Part shown: positions 10,028-17,981 of the stretch, in pieces
Layout of the letters: each line of letters starts with the position of its first letter
How positions within the stretch are numbered: the first letter of the stretch is position 1
IMG/VR virus record: IMGVR_UViG_3300037195_000905
Span: 1-43,969 of that record
Length of the DNA: 43,969 nt
Source: a virus
Taxonomy: Duplodnaviria > Caudoviricetes
Reading direction: 5' to 3' (one strand)
The notes under the pieces: generated by a model
The model's database searches: none
What the model saw: only the letters and a program-made list of their open reading frames with translations
What the model was told of the DNA's origin: nothing
Program-made: the position numbers and the translations under genes

Positions 10028-13000
10028 TTTCCTGTACCTGTACTTCCGGTAATAGACTCAAGATTGTCATTGGTAACGGTCCAATCTGACGGATAAATAC
10101 TGTTCCATCATGGTCGTGAACATTCAACATAGTCTTCTCAATGACTTCATTTAAGAATGCCTGTCCTTCATTGGCATCAACGCCAGGTGGTTTATATGGT
10201 TCCAAATTATCTGCATCCGGACCTATCCTTATACCTGCTGAGTCTTGTACCCTTATTTTGACAGTTGGAATAGTTTTCTTTCTTGCCAGAGCATCACCAA
10301 AGCCATTAAGAGAAGTCAGGTCTACGCCTATATTCTCCAAATCACTCGTATATGGTAATCCAATATGTACCCTTGATGCTGCATTTGAGAGTGTAATAGC
10401 TCCACCTGATACTGTTTTTGTAGTCAAATCAGAGTCAAGAGGATTATGTGCTGTACCTCCATCAGCAAGAACTGACACACTTTCCCCTTCAAGATGCTGT
10501 AATCCTGATAAAGTAGTAACAGCCTTCCTTACCTTTCCACCTGAAGTATATGCTGTGAAAGCACTTCCATCAACATCTGCATCAACTTCAGCAGTACCTC
10601 CAGAAACGTATGTCGTGAATGCAGAGGAATCTGTGGTTACACCGGCTATGCTTTTCAGGGTAATAGTAGTTGCCGTTGCAGTATTTACCTGATAAGTGTT
10701 GCCATTTAGCTCAGTCATACCGACAACACCTGATATTTTTATTTGCTGTCCTTCTGTATGAGTATGTGTACCTACCGTTACCTCGCAAGGATCAGCTTTG
10801 GTTGCAGCAGTAATGCTATAAACACTTGCTGACCTTGAATATAACTCAAAAGTATCTGCCGTCTTATTTCCTATTTTATACCTGTTATCGTTAAGTTCCA
10901 CCATACCACCAACTTCATCAAAATCAACGAAATCGGCATCTGTAAAGCCGTGTGCTGTCGCAGTAATAACAACAGGACTCGCTGCTGTCGCTCCAGATAC
11001 AGTCAACGCTGTATCAAGACTTAAACCACTATCCACAAAGAATGAGTCTTTTATGTCCAGAACGTCCCTGTTTTTAATCCTCTCAACATATTTCATTGTA
11101 CTGGCGCTTCCTGTAGTACCTTCGATTGTACGCTCAACCACGAAATACACTCCATATTCGCTTGTAGTCTCCGGTATGGCTGCAACGGACTTGAACAAGC
11201 CATCGGTAACATGATGCGTCCACGCCCAAATCTGATGCTTTCTGAGGTATGTCAGAGCATTGGCTGTACCATCATCCATTACACACCATATAACGCTGTC
11301 TGGATCTCTGGCATAAGCCCACTCAACAATCTTCCTCTCTTTAAACAGATGCTTGGCAAGTAAGGTTAAATCATCACCGGTAAAGCCATTTGCTTCAATC
11401 GAATCCTGTAAATCCCTGACAACCCTTTCACCGTCTTGAACATATAAGAACGATTGACCTACTTTAAGTGCCTCAATATCGCTAACTCCCCATGACTCCT
11501 GTTCTTCTGAGGATATATTTGTTTGAGAAAAGACTAAACTCTCACCTGTGGTTATCCTGAAGATACCTGACGAGGTAAATAAGAACAGGTCTTTCTGTGA
11601 TTTCATATCTCTTATCTCATTGACATCATCTGCAACAACATTAAATGTGATTGCATCATCAGCCTGAGTGACTGCAGAAACGTTCATATTTGCAAACAGT
11701 CCAACACGGCTCGTATAAAACGTAGAAGGCGTGTCATCTGGACCTGCAAAAATTCTTCTCTGTTGATGGTAAGTCACGCAACGAGGGGACTTATCCTGTT
11801 CAGAAACCTGTGCAACTCCACCGGAACTGTACGCACTAAACCCTGTACCATCAAGTGAAGTACCCTCTTTATCCTCAAGGTCTATAGTAGTGGCTGAAGT
11901 TGCTTTAGCAAAGTATGTATTACCATTTAATTCCGTCATTCCTGCAACTCCGGAGACATCTACCTGATCGCCAACAGCCGGTGTCCTCGCTCCTGCCGTT
12001 ATAGTCAGCACAACAGGATCAGCCTGAGTCGCACCTGTGATGACAAAATCTTCAAATACATATACCGGCTCCTTATTCTGAGGAGGAGTAATGTCATAAT
12101 TTGGTGTAATAAAGTTATCTTCAAAGGCATTTGTAGAGGCATTACCAATAAACCCGAATACTCCGGAAGCATTATCATCACAATATACCTTCCATGTGAC
12201 GCTTCCTGGATCAGTCCATGCCAGGTCGTTTGTCCTTGTCGCATCAGCAGCTAAATCATGGTCGGCATTATCAGCACTTGAAGCAACGCTCTCTTCTCCT
12301 GTGGTATCATTTATAGCCGTAATGACATAGTTTCTAACAAATCCTGTATTGGCTGTACTTGGTGTTGCCGTCATTCCTGATGGAGCAGAAGTCTGTGAAG
12401 TAAAATCTACCTGAGTCACGGTCCATACATCATGTGCTGTCCTGGTAATATCATATATACCATTATGATCGGGATGCACCACAGTAAGAGTATCAGCATT
12501 TTGCGTAAACTTTAATTTAGCCAGATCAGCCTGTGGAAAGAATGTATCAAATATCGGCACTACCTCTATAGTGCCACCGGAAGTATATGTAGCGAAAGCT
12601 GAACTGTCTATACCTGTGCCAAATATATCTTCAAGACTGATTGTTGTTGCCGCCACAGCCTTTATTCTGTAGAAGATACCGTTAAGCTCGGTCATACCTG
12701 CTACGTCTTTTATATATAATTCCTGTCCCACAACGTATGAGTGTGCGCCTACCGTTATCACGCAAGGATCGGCTTTTGTGGCAGCAGTAATACTCACAGC
12801 GCTACTCATTACATAGGCTTGGTCTTTTATAACACGGAAGAAGAAGTCGGAGAATTCCAGTATGTATGTTTGTGCAGTATTAAAACGGAATCTTATAAGG
12901 CGTGTTGTTTCTGTGGAGTCGTGGACAGCCCCAATATACTCAAGTCCTGCCCTGTTACTTGCGCCACCTTCAACATGGACAATCATGTTCTTTAGTGTTC

Positions 13001-13094
13001 TGCAAGCAGAATCAAATTTCTGCAGGTCAGCCCTTCCGTAAATAGACGGATTAACTTCACCTGCTGCAAATGATAATTGTTTATTTACAGGCAA
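10020..13094 (-). CDS. Tail tubular protein B/nozzle with four inserted ~75-aa beta repeats
   Basis: TTG start with GGAG SD; QLSFAAGEVNP...GRADL...NMIVHVEGGASNRAG N-terminus, QQRRIFAG, WAWTHH, FFVDSG, HLEGESV, HIGLPY, QIGPLPMTIL. Confidence 0.88.
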   Translation of the reverse strand: MPVNKQLSFAAGEVNPSIYGRADLQKFDSACRTLKNMIVHVEGGASNRAGLEYIGAVHDSTETTRLIRFRFNTAQTYILEFSDFFFRVIKDQAYVMSSAVSITAATKADPCVITVGAHSYVVGQELYIKDVAGMTELNGIFYRIKAVAATTISLEDIFGTGIDSSAFATYTSGGTIEVVPIFDTFFPQADLAKLKFTQNADTLTVVHPDHNGIYDITRTAHDVWTVTQVDFTSQTSAPSGMTATPSTANTGFVRNYVITAINDTTGEESVASSADNADHDLAADATRTNDLAWTDPGSVTWKVYCDDNASGVFGFIGNASTNAFEDNFITPNYDITPPQNKEPVYVFEDFVITGATQADPVVLTITAGARTPAVGDQVDVSGVAGMTELNGNTYFAKATSATTIDLEDKEGTSLDGTGFSAYSSGGVAQVSEQDKSPRCVTYHQQRRIFAGPDDTPSTFYTSRVGLFANMNVSAVTQADDAITFNVVADDVNEIRDMKSQKDLFLFTSSGIFRITTGESLVFSQTNISSEEQESWGVSDIEALKVGQSFLYVQDGERVVRDLQDSIEANGFTGDDLTLLAKHLFKERKIVEWAYARDPDSVIWCVMDDGTANALTYLRKHQIWAWTHHVTDGLFKSVAAIPETTSEYGVYFVVERTIEGTTGSASTMKYVERIKNRDVLDIKDSFFVDSGLSLDTALTVSGATAASPVVITATAHGFTDADFVDFDEVGGMVELNDNRYKIGNKTADTFELYSRSASVYSITAATKADPCEVTVGTHTHTEGQQIKISGVVGMTELNGNTYQVNTATATTITLKSIAGVTTDSSAFTTYVSGGTAEVDADVDGSAFTAYTSGGKVRKAVTTLSGLQHLEGESVSVLADGGTAHNPLDSDLTTKTVSGGAITLSNAASRVHIGLPYTSDLENIGVDLTSLNGFGDALARKKTIPTVKIRVQDSAGIRIGPDADNLEPYKPPGVDANEGQAFLNEVIEKTMLNVHDHDGTVFIRQIGPLPMTILSLLPEVQVQENE

Positions 13095-13096
13095 GT

Positions 13097-13705
13097 CTAG
13101 CTCCTCGACTGAATTAGAGAAGGATCTGCAGCGTCTCTATTTACGCTCTCATTAAAATTAGATGCTTTGGCGCTTGCTATTGCATTTATATAGGACTGTT
13201 CTGCATTCTGTTTTAATTTTAAGTTACCATTTAGAGATATTACAATCATAGTTGCCAGCTTCCAGCCAAGTGCTTCAATGGCTCTTGGCGTGAAGAGGCT
13301 TATATTAGTTATCCTCTTTGTGTACCTGAGTATTGCATCCTGCTTGTCAGTATGAATGTATTTGCCGGTCTTATCATCATTGAGGTCTATCCTGAATGGA
13401 ACATCAGCCTCACCATCAGTTTGCCTTGTTATCTCTCTGGCACATACACAGGTAGAAGGATATGTGTATTGATATAGCCAGGGTAACGGTGGTGCCACAG
13501 TATCCGTTGACTCCTTCACAAGTGTCAGCGTTTCATAGAATGACGCAAAGTTCCAATCGTGGTCCTCAAGGACAACCTCTCTGGCAGTAAAGAATTGCGC
13601 TTCACAAGTCTTACGCTCTATACTATCCTCAGTTAGTGAATTCACCCTTGCCTTTGATGCAATATTATCCAACGCCAAATTATAGACATCTACCTGACTC
13701 GACAT
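13097..13705 (-). CDS. Tail tubular protein A/adaptor
   Basis: VDVYNLALDNI...VLEDHDWNFA...YQYTYPSTC; synteny. Confidence 0.85.
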   Translation of the reverse strand: MSSQVDVYNLALDNIASKARVNSLTEDSIERKTCEAQFFTAREVVLEDHDWNFASFYETLTLVKESTDTVAPPLPWLYQYTYPSTCVCAREITRQTDGEADVPFRIDLNDDKTGKYIHTDKQDAILRYTKRITNISLFTPRAIEALGWKLATMIVISLNGNLKLKQNAEQSYINAIASAKASNFNESVNRDAADPSLIQSRS

Positions 13706-13708
13706 ATT

Positions 13709-14011
13709 TTATTTTCCTTTAGTGGATTTCTTTTTAACTGTAACCTTTTTTCCTGTATTAGCTTTGGTGACTGTTGGCTTCTTTGAACTAGCCTGTTCGT
13801 GAAGAGTAGTTTCCTTAAACTCAGTCTTTACCGGCTCTGGATCTTTTGCCTCTACCTCATTACCAACCCTTTCACCCCATGATGGCATTTCAGTATGCTC
13901 ACCGTTTTCGTCTTCTCCTCTGTCATCCATGTCATAGTCAACAACAGCGCCTACCTTACGCAACCTGCCGTCATAATAACAATCCTTAATAACTTTCATC
14001 TTCACCAACAT
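13709..14011 (-). CDS. Hypothetical small virion-associated protein
   Basis: 100-aa ORF, Lys-rich tail, upstream of tail tube A. Confidence 0.6.
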   Translation of the reverse strand: MLVKMKVIKDCYYDGRLRKVGAVVDYDMDDRGEDENGEHTEMPSWGERVGNEVEAKDPEPVKTEFKETTLHEQASSKKPTVTKANTGKKVTVKKKSTKGK

Positions 14012-14025
14012 AACGAACCGCCTTT

Positions 14026-14370
14026 CTATAAAATTTCAAATTTATCCAAAACAATAAAAATTCCAACTATCGTGGGAAGGACTATCGCAAGTATTCTAAA
14101 TATGCGGTCATATCTCAGATTTGAGACTCTTCTATCTTCGCCATTATGTTCTGCTTTAACCTCTTTAGTTATTTTTATCTTTAAAAGTTTTTCATTAAAA
14201 ACATTATTAAATATGCGTTGTTCTTTTCTAAACGCATAACATCCATCAATATATTCTTTATGCGTCTCAAGTTTTGTCTCTATCCTTGTCCCTGTCTTAG
14301 CGCAATCATCAGCCTTATCAAACAACTTGCTAATATCGTCTCGCAATATTATAAATTGGTCTGGAGTCAT
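14026..14370 (-). CDS. Membrane protein, coiled coil plus C-terminal TM helix (holin-like)
   Basis: C-terminal IFRILAIVLPTIVGIFIVL; ATGA overlap with the upstream gene. Confidence 0.55.
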   Translation of the reverse strand: MTPDQFIILRDDISKLFDKADDCAKTGTRIETKLETHKEYIDGCYAFRKEQRIFNNVFNEKLLKIKITKEVKAEHNGEDRRVSNLRYDRIFRILAIVLPTIVGIFIVLDKFEIL

Positions 14371-14609
14371 GGTATCTTCTTAATAGCTTCTTCGATAGCA
14401 CTTAAAGCAGCAGACATATCGTTGCTCTCCTGCTTCCCTATTTTCATTTTAATCAAGCCATTCTTATCTTTTTCAAAGCTGACATCAGAGAGCTTCTGAG
14501 ATCCAAACCGTTGATATGTAATAGTTTCGCCATCAGTCTGTATCTTCGCACAGCCGGTAAGTATCAATAAGACAATACCAGCTAAACACTTAACTAAATT
14601 CTTCTTCAT
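14367..14609 (-). CDS. Putative lipoprotein (o-spanin-like?)
   Basis: MKKNLVKCLAGIVLLILTG-C lipobox; start moved to ATG 14609. Confidence 0.6.
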   Translation of the reverse strand: MKKNLVKCLAGIVLLILTGCAKIQTDGETITYQRFGSQKLSDVSFEKDKNGLIKMKIGKQESNDMSAALSAIEEAIKKIP

Positions 14610-14817
14610 CTTCATCAAAAAAATCATTATCTTCTTCAACAACTCTACCCATTATATCAACAACCTGACCTTTATATGTCTTTGCAGTCTTACGCATAAA
14701 CCTTGTAATGGGAGTAATAATATGATCTTCGTCAGGTGCCTCATTAGCCGTATATCTAACCACCATTTCAATCTTTGCAAGATAGGTACTTTTAACTTCC
14801 TGTTCAGTATCCTTCAT
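14590..14817 (-). CDS. Hypothetical protein
   Basis: 75-aa ORF with AAGGTG SD and acidic tail. Confidence 0.6.
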   Translation of the reverse strand: MKDTEQEVKSTYLAKIEMVVRYTANEAPDEDHIITPITRFMRKTAKTYKGQVVDIMGRVVEEDNDFFDEDEEEFS

Positions 14818-14926
14818 TGTTCACCTTTTTGCGAAATTATTAATTAATGAACAAACTATTCATCACAATCATCACACCATGTAAATTCACCATCTTCATC
14901 TGGTATATATCTCATAAATGAATGTA

Positions 14927-15826
14927 TCATACAATCACCCTTATTTTCTCCTGTGCAGGATTAAACTGTACTGAAGGTGTTCCTATCTCTGTTGGAGAAT
15001 ATCCTGCCTTTTCTGCATAACTTGTAGAACCTAATGTATATGTTTTCAAGAACGATCCACACATAAAACCTCTTCTATCCCTTGAAATAAACTTGCCATA
15101 TCTATTAAAACTTAATACCGTACTTGAAGCAACTGGCTGATCGTGTCCGTGTCCTGTCATAACCACATCTACTGTACTCCAATATGCCATGATGTCTACT
15201 ATTCTATTTAGCTTTCCTCCAGGCTTACGCCCTGCTATATTGCTGTGAGTACCATATACATCAAAAGAGATTTTCCAGGGATGTCTACTCTTTTCACTAC
15301 TATTAACGAAACTTAGCCTGACTACTGCTGCATCATAAAGGAGTCTGACAGTAGGGTTTTTAACACTATCAACATTTACTTTCGCTGTTTCTGACTTACC
15401 CTTTATGCCAACCTTAATATCGTTAAGATGCCTCCACATATCGTAGAGACAGTCGTAATGATAATTTGCACGAACTGTCTCCTCATGATTTCCACGAAGG
15501 AGTCCGACACATTTTTTTCTGATAGGGTAAAATATCTCACATACAGTTTCAATCTGTTCTTGACAGATACGATCAATACTACCATTCCTATACTTCCTGG
15601 AAACCTGTCGTGGATCGAAGCGCTTATCAGAAAAATTTATCGCTTCTATATAATCACCCATACCCATCCAGTAATAGGTGTCATTGTCTCTTATTTTGTC
15701 TACAACCCTCTGTAGAGCATCTAAATCACACCCTGCATTACCTTCGTGTATATCACCAAGCCCTATTAATGTAAACCATTCGTCTATCCTTCGGTTACAA
15801 GGAATAGTTATTTGATTAAATTCCAT
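14927..15826 (-). CDS. Calcineurin-like metallophosphoesterase
   Basis: GDIH, GDYIE, GNHE, H and GHGH metal-binding motifs in the canonical order. Confidence 0.88.
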   Translation of the reverse strand: MEFNQITIPCNRRIDEWFTLIGLGDIHEGNAGCDLDALQRVVDKIRDNDTYYWMGMGDYIEAINFSDKRFDPRQVSRKYRNGSIDRICQEQIETVCEIFYPIRKKCVGLLRGNHEETVRANYHYDCLYDMWRHLNDIKVGIKGKSETAKVNVDSVKNPTVRLLYDAAVVRLSFVNSSEKSRHPWKISFDVYGTHSNIAGRKPGGKLNRIVDIMAYWSTVDVVMTGHGHDQPVASSTVLSFNRYGKFISRDRRGFMCGSFLKTYTLGSTSYAEKAGYSPTEIGTPSVQFNPAQEKIRVIV

Positions 15827-15919
15827 AATATCGAATCAGATATAGTTACCTTCCTAAGTCTTTTTATCTGTTAGAAATATGCTGACTTGAAGTGTAAACT
15901 ATATTTAATTCTGAAACTC

Positions 15920-16318
15920 CTACAAACTATTTACATAAGCAAGTCGGTTTTCGTCAAACTGAGGAGCGTTACCGGCTAGTGCATAATTTACACTATGTCG
16001 GTCCCTAAGCTCTCCCACCTTGCTCTTGTTCCAGTTGTTCATTCTGGAATAATAACCAACTATCCTTGTGACACCTTCACATATAATGGGGTTTCTCTCG
16101 TTTTCTAAAACATTAAATATATCTACTAACGGCTTATTTACAACTTCTTGTACTGAAACCTCGACATACTTACCATAGGTCCCATCGCTTTTAGCTGTGT
16201 CTTGGAGTACAAATTTACTATCATCTTCACTCAAACCAAATAAATCAAACTTATTAGAAGCCCTTACGGACTCCACAAACGCTCCTATCTTATCCTCCAC
16301 TACACAACTCACCACCAT
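15920..16318 (-). CDS. Stand-alone NrdD-type glycyl-radical domain protein (132 aa)
   Basis: CEGVTRIVGYYSRMNNWNKSKVGELRDR matches the C-terminal glycyl-radical finger of class III RNR; AAGGAGG SD; no catalytic barrel. Confidence 0.8.
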   Translation of the reverse strand: MVVSCVVEDKIGAFVESVRASNKFDLFGLSEDDSKFVLQDTAKSDGTYGKYVEVSVQEVVNKPLVDIFNVLENERNPIICEGVTRIVGYYSRMNNWNKSKVGELRDRHSVNYALAGNAPQFDENRLAYVNSL

Positions 16319-16344
16319 CTAACCCTCCTTTGAGTTATAAATGT

Positions 16345-16515
16345 TTACTCCGCTATTAAATGCCTGTAAATTTCACAAGCCCTATCCACCTCCTTCTCAA
16401 AACAGTTAATACACAACGGAATTTCCTCACCTTTCACGGTTTTAATTGTATTATATGTGTTATTTTTCTTGTCATTTAATTGTTGTCCACATTTACAAAA
16501 TATATTTACCGCCAT
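16345..16515 (-). CDS. Small Cys-rich, putative Zn-binding protein (56 aa; not in ORF track)
   Basis: MAVNIFCKCGQQL...IPLCINCFEKEVDRACEIYRHLIAE; fills the gap in the operon. Confidence 0.6.
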   Translation of the reverse strand: MAVNIFCKCGQQLNDKKNNTYNTIKTVKGEEIPLCINCFEKEVDRACEIYRHLIAE

Positions 16516-16518
16516 TTG

Positions 16519-16776
16519 TCATAAATTATTTTTAAAGAACCATTGTTCTAAACATTCCCTGATTGCCTCAAGCTCAACTTTCATTAAGGCTATATCTGCC
16601 TCAACCCTTCTTAGCTCAAATGTTAGCTCAAAGAGTTTTTGGTGAACAGGATCGAGGTCATCATATTTAAACTCTTCTTCCTCAACCAGGCGATCTTCAG
16701 GCTTTTCATATACATTATCAGATGCCTGTGTAAAGCTACAGAAAAACAGAATCAAGACTATAATTAGTGTCTTCAT
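16519..16776 (-). CDS. Signal-peptide-bearing coiled-coil protein
   Basis: MKTLIIVLILFFCSFTQA-S signal; LRRVEADIALMKVELEAIREC heptads. Confidence 0.65.
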   Translation of the reverse strand: MKTLIIVLILFFCSFTQASDNVYEKPEDRLVEEEEFKYDDLDPVHQKLFELTFELRRVEADIALMKVELEAIRECLEQWFFKNNL

Positions 16777-16784
16777 AAATAATT

Positions 16785-16876
16785 CCCCACTCCTCCCTCC
16801 CCTAATAAAAGGAGTAGGGCGTAAGTCTCGGTTCGTTAGGCTAGACTCACCTTTTTAAATCGGCTTCTCAACCGAT
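16785..16876 (-). promoter_or_regulatory. Three tandem RNA hairpins; the last pairs with the SD of the 85-aa gene
   Basis: AUCGGUU-GAGA-AGCCGAU; GUGAGUCU...AGACUUAC; CCCUACUCC...GGAGUGGGG. Confidence 0.5.
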
Positions 16877-16887
16877 GATCTGTAAAT

Positions 16888-17079
16888 CTAAGGGGAGTCT
16901 TTATTTGTTAATTTTGGTTTGAAAGTATGCACACCGCCTAAAGCGGTTATCATACTCATACAAGTAATTTCTGCAGCACCAAGAGTTTTTTCTTTACTTG
17001 CATAGTACATTATGATTGTTGTCAGCGCTGTGACACACCACATAATAACTATCATCTTACGAGTGCCTATGATTTTCAA
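16888..17079 (-). CDS. Small two-TM membrane protein (holin-like)
   Basis: GGGGGA SD then TTG; KIIGTRK followed by two hydrophobic stretches; the longer track ORF overlaps the upstream gene. Confidence 0.55.
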   Translation of the reverse strand: MKIIGTRKMIVIMWCVTALTTIIMYYASKEKTLGAAEITCMSMITALGGVHTFKPKLTNKDSP

Positions 17080-17090
17080 CTGTAGTCCCC

Positions 17091-17297
17091 CTAAAAACCT
17101 TGTCTCTTCATGGCTTCTTTTATTTTCTTTATATACATTTCCTTCTCGTCTCCGGTAACAATAAAACCAGTATTCTTGAAGGCATCTAAGGAATATCTCG
17201 GTGATGCGCCAGATTGCACACCACCAAGAGTACCCACGAAAAACCAAGCCGTTAATATAAATACCGTAACAATGACTACAACATTGTCATACCTCAC
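17091..17297 (-). CDS. Small membrane-anchored protein
   Basis: N-terminal TM VVVIVTVFILTAWFFVG; start overlaps the upstream stop. Confidence 0.55.
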   Translation of the reverse strand: MRYDNVVVIVTVFILTAWFFVGTLGGVQSGASPRYSLDAFKNTGFIVTGDEKEMYIKKIKEAMKRQGF

Positions 17298-17950
17298 TAT
17301 GAGTTAGGTAATACCAATGCTCTGTATCCGGTTCCACCACTATCTGCATCACCAAGAGTAACCCTTAATAACGATTCGGTAGTAGCATTCCAGAGTAAGA
17401 GTGCTGTGTCTGTGGTTGTTGAGGAACTAAAGTCTACCCTCATAGTTTCAGTATCAGACTCAAAGAAATTGTAGTCAGAAGCCTCCACTACTTCCAGGTT
17501 AATACCACCAGTAGAACTAATTATATGATTAGTACCATCCCACCATACACCTGAGTCATCAGTACCGGCACCGAAGTTTATAGAACCTCCAGTACCAAGA
17601 GCAGTACCGTCAACATCTAATGTCAACGCTCCACCTGATGTTATATCAGATGTACCGTTATCAATAGCTCCAAATCCGGATGTGATTGAACCTGTGTCCA
17701 ATGCACCTGTGGTTACGATTGTGGATGCGCCTACGTTTGCTGCTGAGGCAAAGATGTTGGCTATTGTAGACTTGACTGTGTTACTGGCTGATGTATCATA
17801 CAAGATTACAGTATCACCGGTTGCCACAGTAGTTTCAGCCGTTAAGTCGGAGTCCTTGACATAATTTGCACTAAAAGCATTCATGGAGGTAATCGCCAGG
17901 ATTCCTGCGGAAAGAAATACCCCCATAAACAAATTCTTGAAAATCCTCAT
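17297..17950 (-). CDS. Ser/Thr/Gly-rich beta protein with signal peptide and fibre-like motif
   Basis: AGGAGG SD; MRIFKNLFMGVFLSAGILAITSMNAFS-A; KDSDLTAETTVATGDTVILYDTSASNTVKSTIANI. Confidence 0.65.
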   Translation of the reverse strand: MRIFKNLFMGVFLSAGILAITSMNAFSANYVKDSDLTAETTVATGDTVILYDTSASNTVKSTIANIFASAANVGASTIVTTGALDTGSITSGFGAIDNGTSDITSGGALTLDVDGTALGTGGSINFGAGTDDSGVWWDGTNHIISSTGGINLEVVEASDYNFFESDTETMRVDFSSSTTTDTALLLWNATTESLLRVTLGDADSGGTGYRALVLPNS

Positions 17951-17981
17951 TCGATTTTCCTCCTATGAATAAATTAACTGT

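Noticed and set aside
16785-16876. c-di-GMP-I (GEMM) riboswitch
   Set aside because: A GNRA hairpin and CCUAA are present, but the GGCAAA and GACGCAAAG core and the P1 stem are missing
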